From Octopus sinensis (Eukaryota), in contig NC_042999.1 in assembly GCF_006345805.1 (NCBI RefSeq), positions 140,802,001 through 140,866,000 on the forward strand: a stretch of DNA of 64,000 bases, in the 5' to 3' direction. The stretch's first letter is position 1, and the number at the start of each line of letters is the position of its first letter. Positions 42,019 to 53,250 of the stretch are shown piece after piece. The notes below the pieces were generated by a model that did no database searches, was not told where the DNA came from, and saw only the letters and a program-made list of their open reading frames with translations. Position numbers and translations under genes: made by a program.

Positions 42019-42415
42019 TGGTGCTCTAGCATAGCCACAGTCAAATGACTGAAACAAGTAAAAATATATTTATATATAATGAGAGTGAAATAATGTTATG
42101 TGCAGCTACTAGGGCATCCAAAATGAGAAAAAAAATAGAATTATATGGAAATATTCTTTCATATGTTCTCTCACTCATAAGAAAAAGACATCACATAATA
42201 ATAAAGCAAAAACAAAAAGAAGGCCTGTGCAGTTCACTCCCCTTAAGAGAAGTTTCTCTCTGCTTCTTACTCTGAAAGCAACCATAGGTGGTAGCACCAA
42301 CAGTTGCTAGTCAAATTTCACATGTATGTGTGTGTATATATATATATATATATAAAGTTTTGAATTAAAAGCAGCTCTTGTAATATAAATATTATTAATC
42401 ATACATACATACAGT

Positions 42416-42864
42416 ATGTGTTTTGTTTATATACTGAATTTGCTGTGGATAACATCCTAGGAATGCTCCTTACACAACACCGGGCTTTAAAGAACACCTG
42501 AATGTCACAGAACAGGTGAAACAACTTACCTTGGAATCACCAAGAACAGTAGAAATCAATATTTTGCCATTATTATGGCTTATCAATACTGTGTACTCAG
42601 ATCATCTTGAAACGAATTGAATCTTTGGTCTATGACTCACATGCAAATAGACCAGAGATCCAATTTGTTTCAAGATGATCCAAGTACATGGTATTGATAA
42701 ATGACAATAATGGCAAAATGTCAATATCTGCCAGTCTTGCAGATTCCGAGGCGAGTTGTCTCACCTGGTACATGACATTCAGGTGTTCTTCAAGATTCAG
42801 TGCTGTGTAGGGAACATTCTCATGATGCTATCCACAGAAAATTCAGCATATAAACAAAACACAT
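42416..42864. repeat. 449-bp fold-back (palindromic MITE-like) element
   Basis: Arms 42416-42633 and 42647-42864 (218 bp each) align as reverse complements without gaps, about 44 mismatches by hand count, around a 13-nt loop. Confidence 0.95.
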
Positions 42865-43589
42865 TCTTTTTACATGCCAGTGGCACATAAAAAGCATCCA
42901 CAACACTCTTTGAGTGATTGGCATTAGAAAGGGCATCCAGCTGTAGAAACCATACCAAATCAGATTGGAACCTGGTGCAGCTCCCCAGCTTACCAATTTT
43001 CAGTCAAACCATCCAATCCATGCCATCATGAAAAATGCATGTTAAATGATGATGATGAGGAGGATACGTTAAGTTTTGTCATCAATAAATCACATAGTTT
43101 CAGGTTCAATCTAACTGTATGGCACCTTGGACAAGCGTCTTCTATAGCCCTATGGTGACCAAAGTCTTGTGAGTGGATTTGGTAGGCCAAAACTAAAAAA
43201 AAGCCCACCCCTTCCCCTACTAGATGTGAATAGCCATGCAGATCCTCTACATGAATCTGTACTGCCCCACCCTCCGACTCATAATTCTAGTCTCTTGTCC
43301 ACCAGCATAAAGCTGACCTCTACCCACCAAGGTTTGTAATTCTGTGAGCTGCCTGGCAACCTCAGTAGTGCAGTTGATACAGAAAAGCATCCAGTCCATA
43401 CTGAAAAGTGGTTGGCATTAGGAAGAATATCCAGACATAGAAACCACACCAAACAGATATTGAAGTACAACACAGACCTTGGCCACATTGGATCCAGTCA
43501 AACCATCCAACTCTAACATTGAACATGGACATTAAATGAAGATGATGATGTATATATATGCGCGCACACACACACATAAGGTCTTTTCT

Positions 43590-43760
43590 GAGTCATAGGC
43601 TTATGAAGCTGGTTTCCCAGATTATGTAGTGTATATATTCCCACCTGGACAGGATGCCAGTCTATTGCAAGATTACTCATTTTGCCAGCTGAGTGGACTG
43701 GAGAAATGTGAAATGAAGTGTGCTTTGCTCAAGAACAGAATGCATCACTCAGTCCAGGTG
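43590..43760 (-). mobile_element. SINE fragment (family 4, V-SINE-like 3' part)
   Basis: Minus strand ttcttgagcaaagcacacttc...ccagtccactcagctggcaaaatgagt...gactggcatcctgtccagg. Confidence 0.55.
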
Positions 43761-43965
43761 ATTATATATATATATATGTGTACAACTGTGTATGTGTACT
43801 GGTGTGCATTGACATCAAGTAAAACCTATATGAAATGTTACTACAAAACTTAAGATCATATCTATATCGTTTATAGAAATACATAAATCTGGAGGAGAAG
43901 CACACTCTTAGATATAGAGCCGTTAATATTATAGTGGGGTAGGCTGGTTTATAGGGTATATAAGG

Positions 43966-44500
43966 TGCAAGCATGGCTGTGTGGTAAGAAACTTGCTTCC
44001 CAACCACAAGGTTTCAGGTTGAACTCTTCTGCATGACACCTTGGGCAAGTGTTTTCTATTATAGCCTTGGGCCAACCAAAGCCTTGTGAGTGGATTTGGT
44101 AAATGGAAACTGAAAGCCCATTGTATATACATATATATACAATGGGCTTTTTTATATATCTATATATATATAATGGCGTTAGGAAGGGCATCCAGCCGTA
44201 GAAACATTGCCAGATCAGACTGGGCCTGGTGCAGCCTTCTGGCTTCCCAGACCCCAGTTGAATCATCCAACCCATGCCAGCATGGAAAGTGGACACTAAT
44301 CGATGATGATGATGATGATGTATGTGTCTTTATGTCTGTGTTTGCCCTCCATCACTGCTTGACAACCCATAAGTTAGTGGTTCAGCAAAAGAGACCAATT
44401 GAATGAGTACTAGGATTTAAAAAAATTAAGTTCTGGAGTTGATTTGTTCAACTTCAAGGGAGTGCTCCAGTATGGCCACAGTCAAATGACTGAAACAAGT
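43966..44500 (+). mobile_element. Family-1 SINE interrupted by a nested RTE 3' end
   Basis: SINE head 43966-44125, RTE tail about 44175-44320 ending (GAT)n, then the SINE 3' half resumes to gtgctccagtatggccacagtc. Confidence 0.8.
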
Positions 44501-44576
44501 AAAAGAATAAAATAAAAATAAAAGAATACACATACACACATACATATATCATATATATATATATAAATATAAAAAT

Positions 44577-44630
<54 letters not shown>

Positions 44631-47242
44631 TATATATATATAGATAGTCAAAGACTTATTGGGTGTCTTGAAGAAATGTTTAGTCTAGTACTTCCTTAAA
44701 CAATGACAAACATTTAATTTACTTATTTGCTTCATGTCATATTTTGTGAACAACACCATTCTTAGTTACATGTTTCCAATAGGCTAATTATTGGTTCTTT
44801 GCATTTATAATGGAAAGAGGGACAAGGGACTGTCTGTGAAAACCAGGTGAAACAACTATCACAAGGAAATTTATTTGAAAGTAATGGCTTATTGGCTTCT
44901 AACTGATCTGTACATTTTTCACTGATATGCATTGCTGAATGATATACACATGTATATATATACAATGAACTTTCACACAGTTTCTGTGTCTACCAAATTC
45001 TATTCAAACAGCACTGGTCAACCTAATATATTTAATTGTTCAATATATTTGTTCACTGTACAACACAGTGGAATCAAACCCAAAACTACTTGGTGGCAAC
45101 GCAAATTTCTTAATCATACAGCCATACCTGCACATTCACAAACATACTCCAGTGGTAAGTAAAGTCCAATATGTAATTATTTTAGATAGAAATTTTGAGG
45201 TGGCTTCATTTATCTTAATATTCTGATATACCAATTACAAAATGATAAATTTTTGTCAAAACGGCAATGGTGGTGGAAGAGTAGATGGAGGAGAAGAAGG
45301 AGGTGGTGTTGATAATGGTTATAATGCTACTGCTGCTGCTGCTGATAATCTATTAGAAATCTTAAACCTAGTACCGCAAGTTAACAAAACATTCATCAGT
45401 TATGCAATGCTCATACTGCCAATAACAACAATTAGCTGTATAACTCTGTAATACTTAGTTACAGCTAGCTAGGCTGAATTACTTCAGTAACTTTACCAAT
45501 AGTATGAAAGAGTACCAGTGGTGTAACATACCATAGCCATAAATTTATACTTCTTTGAGCACAAGCTTATGACCCACTTGACTTGGTTGGTTATAACTTT
45601 CATATCACAAGAAAACTGGGGTAAAAAGCATGTGTGTGTGTGTGTGTGTGCACGCATGTATGTGCGTTTGTAAGTGCATGTAATATGCTAGTATATATAA
45701 TACTTTTAAGATGAAATATACTTTACATTTGGAGATTTTAAAGCTAGATACTATCTGTTGATGACAACTTAACAAAGTAAAACAGTGAAATACATTTTTC
45801 CTTCCTGATCCTGTATCAACTATCAAGTCTCTTAAAAGAGATATAGAAAATAGTTAAACAATGTTCATCTGTATTGGGATGAACAGAGTATTTTATTGAA
45901 TACAAAATTAAAATCTAAAATTAGTCATAAGATACCTTCATGAACAGAGCAGACAAATAAACAATATAATACTTTATAGTTAAACAGAATTTTTTTTCAC
46001 TCTGGAAATGAAAGAAAGAATAAAGTCACATTGTTTCTTTCTTCATAACAGCACTTTCTGGCTACAATTTGCCTAAAAATCTCAAATCTACTTGGAATGA
46101 TGCCAGCCAAAGTAAAGTCAATGTAATATGAAATAATAGTTCATTTCAAGAAAAATGAACAGAATAAACATGTAATGTTCTGGAAAGTAGTTCAGTATGT
46201 TTGTGAGCCAGTATTGGAAGCAACAAGCTGAAGCATTTTGTTGGCCAAGAGCATAAATCTGTAAAAAGATGAGATTAATATCATAGACATGTCTTTGGCA
46301 ATGGGATAGATCACTGGCAATAGAAGAGATCACAGAAAATACTTTAGGAAAAAGACTGTGTTAGCCAGTTATCAAGATAGTTCCAGAAACCTTAACCCCA
46401 ATCATAAAATACCCATTTACAATGGGTTTAAGGTTGGTCAAACTATTACAGGCACATTAAGATTTAACCAAATGCTTCACATACATAAGTTTGATCAGAA
46501 GAAATTCTCTGAAAGATATAAAATAATCTCATGAAAAATTAAAAAGTTTTTAATTGTTTTGTTAGATACCTGAATATCCGAGTAATTTGTTAGTACCAGC
46601 ATTGGTACACTGCATAAGATTTGAACTGGACTATTATTTGCCAAATGTATTTTGTTTTAGCTTTATAAATTACTAGAATGAATTTTATTACTATCAGATT
46701 ATGGTACAAAGCCTCTGAGCAAATGAACTTCAGTCTAAACCGCAGTATAATGTAAAATAAGTACTGACATATATGATTTAGTGAGTTAAGAAATTTGAAT
46801 AAAAATGACAAACTTAGTGAAGAAAATTTTCATATTTTTGGCTCTTCCCTTTTTTTATGTCCAATACATAGCATTCTCAAAATACTTTCAATGCAACAAG
46901 CAGGACTTTTTTTTTTATCAATTTAGACCCTGCCATATGGTCATGGTATCGCTTTGTTATTGTAATCTTACTTCAGAACCTGAGATCTTCCTTCAAATTC
47001 AGCTTTCACCTTCCAGTTATTAGCTCTATCTTAAAGTTTGGGTTTCAGCTTTCATTTGTTTATACTTCTGTGTTCTCCCTTAATTTCCTTTTTACCAGCT
47101 TAAATTGATAAGCAAGTTCAGTAATTATGTAGTGGCTCCCTTATTTTAAAACTATGACGATGACGGCGATGGTGATGATGATGGCAATGATGATGATAGT
47201 GATAATAATGATGATGCTGATGACCCAAAATATAATACACAC

Positions 47243-47340
47243 ACACAGGTCTACATCAAGTGCCTGGAGGAGGTAGTGCTGCCCTGAGTCAAGAGGGTGG
47301 CTCCTGGCAACAGGACTTAGCACTGTACCACACAAGCAGT
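47243..47340 (+). mobile_element. maT/DD37D-like mariner transposase relic
   Basis: YIKCLEEVVLP*VKRVA, then WQQDLALYHTS (cf. WQQDSAPxHTS). Confidence 0.65.
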
Positions 47341-48409
47341 ACTATGCCACACAAGTCTTGCTAAAACCAGTGACCCAACACCGTTGCTGGTGATATTACT
47401 TATGTTACCATTTCACAGAACCAATACTGCCATCACCGTTACTATAACCACCTTTATCCACTTCATCATGTGCCAAACTCTCAGTTCTCCATTACCATCA
47501 TCATCATCACAGTCTCCTACACCATCAGGTCAATATCACTATCACCACCATCACAGTACTATTCTTTTCTACTCTAGGCACATGGCCCGAAAATTTGGGG
47601 GAGGAGGCCAGTTGATTAGATCGACCCTAGTATGCAACTGGTACTTAATTTATTGACTCCAAAAGGATGAAAGGAAAAGTCAACCATGGCAGAATTTGAA
47701 CTCACATATGAAATATTGCTAAGCATTTCACCTGCCAACTTGGTTAGCATTTATTCTGCTTTTATCAATGAGATCATTATCGTTTAATGTCCATCTTCAT
47801 GCTAGCATGGGTGGAACATTTTAGCCAAATGGTGCGCAGCTCAGACATAGTTTGGTGAGCATGTCAAGGATTCTTTATTTTGATCACGCTTGAAGAAATA
47901 ATTGTTTGGTTATATTTAGGAATATTGTTGACAAAATTCCTGCTTTCATTGAATTCTGTTGCTACTATTCCTAGAGTTTTCTAGAAATTTTTCACTGGCC
48001 TCCTACTGAGCTCATAGGAAAGCACCTACTGCAGTACCAAGTACAAACAAATACAATCTAAAGAGGTGTGCAGTTAATATTAGGTTGTTAAATTATGTTA
48101 TACAGGTGGGGGGGGGGTCCTAAATGGGTAAATCTAATGGGGTCCACAAATGGAGGTATGTTGGCTGAAAATTTAGGCCCAGATTGAAATGAAGCTAATT
48201 AAAACAAGCTAACCCATGGTGTAGAAAGTTCAGTTTAGTAAAATTAGTTGCAAGTACAGCCTTTGCTGACATGGCGGGTACATGGTCTCATAGAAGACTC
48301 CACTAGAGTGGACGCAAGCGCTAATATATGATTTATAAAAACATGTGACATATTAATAAATATCTGTAAATATAAAACCACCCAGATTTTTGAGTACCTT
48401 ATTTCTCCT

Positions 48410-48432
48410 AATATATATACATATACACATAC

Positions 48433-48465
<33 letters not shown>

Positions 48466-48577
48466 CACACACATATATATACATATATATATATATATAC
48501 ATATGTTTATGTATGTATATATATATATATTATATATATATATATATACATATGTTTATGTATACATATGTTTATGT

Positions 48578-48629
<52 letters not shown>

Positions 48630-48655
48630 GTTTATGTATACATATATGTTTATGT

Positions 48656-48705
<50 letters not shown>

Positions 48706-48749
48706 GTTTATGTATACATATATGTTTATGTATACATATATGTTTATGT

Positions 48750-48795
<46 letters not shown>

Positions 48796-48920
48796 GTTTA
48801 TGAATACATATATATATATATATACATATATACATACATATGTATATACATACATATGTATATATATACATATGTATATATATCAATATAAATACATATA
48901 TATTTATTTATTTATATACA
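48410..48920. repeat. Compound (TA)n array with repeated catatgtttatgtata units
   Basis: About nine 16-18 bp units interleaved with (TA)n runs. Confidence 0.9.
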
Positions 48921-49839
48921 CATATATATCTGTGTGTGTGTCTGTGTTTGGTTCCCACCACCACTTGACAAATTGGTGCTGGTGTGTTTATGTTGCTGTA
49001 ACTTAGTGGTTCAGCAAAAAAAGACCAACAGATAAGTACCAGGCTTTAAAATAGAAAATAAGTACAAAGATTGATTCAATTAAAACTAAAATTCTTCAAG
49101 GTGGTGCCCCTCCATAGTTGCAAGAATTAAAAGCTTAAAAGGTGTCAAAGAATTATTATAAAATACATTGAAATAAAGATAGTAAAGTATTTTTACAATT
49201 GAAAGAATTAAAGTAGCAAATCAGGACAATTCCAAGCATGTGTATATGATATTGTGTGTGAATACGTGCACACACACTCATACATACACTTATGTACATA
49301 CAAATACAAATTTTTGCAATAAAGATACAATAATAGAAAATTGTATGTATTGAATTTGTATGTGCAAGATGAAGAAAGTATGTTCTATCTGCATCAAACA
49401 GAATATTAAGTACAAAACCAGAATATACAGATGAATACTACATATAGTAACTTTCATTTCTGCCGAATTAGCCAATATTACTTTAAATTCAGCAAGCTAA
49501 ATTTATGTTTAAAAAGATATATAATACATATTATGATTCTCATCACTATCATTGTCATTTTAACATCCACTTTTCCATGCTTACATGGGTTAGATGGAAT
49601 TCATTCAAGCAATACGTACACACATATAAACATACGTTATATACATATATTCTAATACAAACACACACATATTAACCAATAGCTATAATCATTTGCTGTA
49701 ATTAGAAGACCAGTGTATGTTATTCTTTGTTAGAGATATATAATCTTGGAAAAGCAAACAAATTAAACACCTGAGCAAAAACCAAAGTCTTAGTAAGTAG
49801 GAAGGCAGACAAATCATAAATCACTTCTGGTAGATGGCC

Positions 49840-51045
49840 CTACTTGATCTGGAGAAAAGATGTGGGTAGAAACTCCATAAGATGTACACGGTGTAAGCTA
49901 TGGACAAACAAGAGGTGCAACAATATCAGAGGAAGGTTAACAGGGAAAATAGCTTTTGTGTGTGGAAGATGTACAGGCACAATAAACACTGAAAATGTAC
50001 AGAAAATAGACTCCATTAATTGCCAGAGGGCAATAAGCCAGAGGTAGTAGATAGCTTCTGTCATCTAGGTGACCAAGTTAGTAGCTGAGGTGGGTGCTCC
50101 AAGAGTGTAGCTGTGATAATAAGATTAGGCTGGCAAAGTTCAGAGAGCTCCTACCTCTGCTGGCAACAAAGGGTCTCTCTCTCAGAGTAAAAGGTAGATT
50201 GTATGATGCCTTTGTGCAAAAAGCCATGCTATATGGCAGTGAAACATGGGCTGTGACAGCCAAGGACATGTGTATGCCAGTATGCTTCAGTGGATGTGCA
50301 ATGTCAGTGTGCTTGTTCGACAGAGCGTAAGCATCTTGAGAGAAAAGTTGGGCATAAAAAGCATCAGATGTGATGTGCAAGAGAAATGAATGCACATGGC
50401 CATGTGACGTGTATGGACAAGGACAGCTGTGAAGAAGTGTCAAACTCTAACAGTGGAGGGAAACTGTAGAAGAGGTAGACTCAGGAAGTTATGGGACAAG
50501 GTGGTGAAGTATGATCTTCAAACTTTGAGCCTCACAGAGGCAATGAATAGTGACTGAGACCTTTGGCAATACACTGTGCTTGAGAAGACTTGTCAAGCCA
50601 AGTGAAATCATAGTCATGGCTAATGCTGGTGTCACGTAACTGGCAACCATGCCAGTGGTACATAAAAAGCACTTTTTGAGCATTGGGCCTCACGGACACA
50701 AAGAGGCTGATGCCAGTGGCACATGAAAAGCTCCTTTCAAATGTTGGGCCTCGCAGAGTCAATGACTGAGACCTTTGGTATTATGTCATGCTTGAGAAGA
50801 AGATCCATCAAGCCAAGTAAAATTGCAGTTGTGATAGATACTGGTGTCATGTAAATGGCACCCATGCCGGTGGTACGTAAAAGTACCCATTACACTCTTG
50901 GAGTGGTTGGAATTAGGAAGGGCATCCAGCCATAGAAAACATGCCAAATCAGACTGGAGTCTGGTGTAGCTTCCCAGCCCTGTCAAACTGTCCAACTGGT
51001 GTCAGCATAGACAATGGACACTAAATGATAATGATGATGATGATT
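49840..51045 (+). mobile_element. 5'-truncated RTE LINE (Cys finger, RT C-terminus and 3' UTR)
   Basis: RKDVGRNSIRCTRCKLWTNKRC...FVCGRC, EVVDSFCHLGDQ, KFRELLPLLATKGLSLRVKGRLYDA, MLYGSETWAV and DLQTLSLTEAM; duplicated 3' UTR units and a (GAT)n tail. Confidence 0.92.
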
Positions 51046-51959
51046 TCTAAACACAGTGAATTTATTGATATGTATTTTTTTTTTATTCTTATTGAAAAAC
51101 TAATTTTAAAACTTCAAAAACAAGCTTGTATTTTGGCTAAAATTTCTTTTCTATGTAACCCTCCAATAGTACAGTTTATTGTTGAAAGCAGCAGGACACT
51201 ACATTATAGGCAACTGTTTCATTAGATTACAGCAGAGGTCTCAAATGCTACTCTAGGCTTGAAAGTTATAATAAATCAACAGTGTATATTTCATATCTAA
51301 GTAAGACATTTTTGATTTTGTCTCAGCTTACCTCATTGAAGAATAAGTACCAAGCCTTCAAGGAAGAAGTAACCTATAATGGACTAACTTATTAAACAGG
51401 ATGAAATTTGCTTCTGATTTTCTCAATACTACATAAACTGAATTTAAGCAATGGCTGGCTTCTATTGTTGATGTTCTTGTTTTGCTCCAAGCCAGTTTTG
51501 ATCAATCACATTTATGATTAAAGACATTCAAACCATAACCACCCAGTCATTCCTTTTTGAATATTTTCACACATAGTATACATAAAACTAAATTAACCAA
51601 TGCAAACTTTCTTTTTTGAGATGGTAGGATAAAAATCTGAGATTTGGTTGCTATTTCTAGTAGGTTAGATGATCATATAGAGTCTTTCTGGATGACACAT
51701 CCTGTTTTTGTTCATCATGTTGCTCATCATTTATGGTTGTTTAAATATTTTTGGAGGCAGTGAGTGACATAAAGATACAATTTACAGAAAATTCAAAACT
51801 TTAATCTCATCTTTAAGAGATCAACTTTAATTTTTCCCAGTTTTAGACAAATGCATTTAAAGAGAAAGCATATTAGATCTAGTAATATCAGATCTATAAC
51901 TTCTGCTTTCTTTGGGAATATTCAGAAGACTAGTGTGTATGAAGGATATAATGCAACAA

Positions 51960-52200
51960 GTACAACACAGTACAAACACAGTGATTGGATTCATCAAAGA
52001 AACAACATTCTAAAACCACTGACTGGCAGAACTAGGTGACAGGATAAAATTACAATTATAGTAATCTACAAAGCATTTGGTAAGCCAATTCCCAACTACG
52101 CTATGTATAGGATCCACAAGCCTAAGACAAGAAGAGGAGAAAACTTTAGTCTACTGTGCAACTGTCTCTGCCAACAAACTACTGTTCTGCATACAGGGGA
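51960..52200 (+). mobile_element. Old LINE RT C-terminal relic
   Basis: RNNILKPLTGRT...IYKAFGKPIPNYA resembles the RNNILKALAG...YKA...NYA motif of AP-endonuclease LINEs. Confidence 0.5.
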
Positions 52201-52534
52201 AAACTATTTTGACAACTGTAACTGATACCTGACTGCGACAAATATCAAATACTGACAATAAATAGGAATCAACTTTTAAATTTACCTTTTTCTCACTAAT
52301 AGACTAATATCTTCTGAAGCATTATGGTGGAAACTTTTACAATAATCATCTGAACCAGAGTGTTGAGTGTCTTCCACAATAAGTTAAAATCCAAGTACCA
52401 AAGCTTATAATTTGCAGAAAGAGACCTTGTGAGACCTCTGATAACAGGTTGCTGTCGACTCTCACAGAATCAACCAGAACAAGTAAGAGCAAGAGCTCTG
52501 AGAAGTAAAATGATGATGATGATGATTTGAAACA

Positions 52535-52780
52535 AGAAGAATTTGGAGTATGAAAACTGTAAAGGTTGTGCCTATAATAATTAGTGCATTGGGAACTATA
52601 ATCAAAGATATAGACAAATGGCTGAATGAGATGGGAGTAGAATGTCCTGTAGAGCTTCCACAGAAAGTTTGCTTCTCAGGCACAGAAAAGAATATCAGGA
52701 GAGTTCTAAGCACTTGAAAGATTATTGAAAGGTTGTAAATACCTAAGGTTACAGATAGTAACCTACTACCCATATAAATC
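52535..52780 (+). mobile_element. R4/Dong-clade retrotransposon extreme C-terminus
   Basis: RRIWSMKTVKVVPIIISALGTIIKDIDKWLNEMGVECPVELPQKVCFSGTEKNIRRVLST*. Confidence 0.8.
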
Positions 52781-53055
52781 CTACCAGAAATAAGACTGAA
52801 TCTGAGTCAAATCAATAACACAAAAGAAGGAGGAGCAGCAGCAGTAACTTATTGTCCACAGTGCTAAGGTGCTCTACATTATAATTTGTTATAACAGGTA
52901 TATTAAATTAAGCTGTGGTCGTGGTTATGAAAATTATGAGTGCTACAAAGGATACAGTATATCATAAATGAAATTGTATGGTATGAATAATAGAGTAAAT
53001 GTTTAATATTGTAATTATTAAGGCGAGTGAGTATATGTTTAATATTGGAATTATT

Positions 53056-53250
53056 AAGGTGGTGAGCTGGCAGAATCGTTAGCACACCAGACGAAATGCT
53101 TAGCAGTATTTCATCTGCCACTACATTCTGAATTCAAATTCCGCCGAGGTTGACTTTGCCTTTCACCCTTTTCAGGGTTGATTAAATAAGTACCAGTTAT
53201 GCACTTGGGTCAATGTAATCGACTTAATCCCTTTGTCTGTCCTTGTTTGT
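53056..53250 (+). mobile_element. tRNA-derived SINE (family 2)
   Basis: aaggtggtgagctggcagaatcg...ctgaattcaaattccgccgaggttgactttgcctttcacccttttcagggttgattaaataagtacc. Confidence 0.88.

Noticed and set aside
48390-49006. Long YIYI, VCVC, THTH, poly-V and poly-D ORFs here and at 34101-34592, 35120-36478 and 39434-39885
   Set aside because: They are translations of di- and trinucleotide repeats that lack stop codons.
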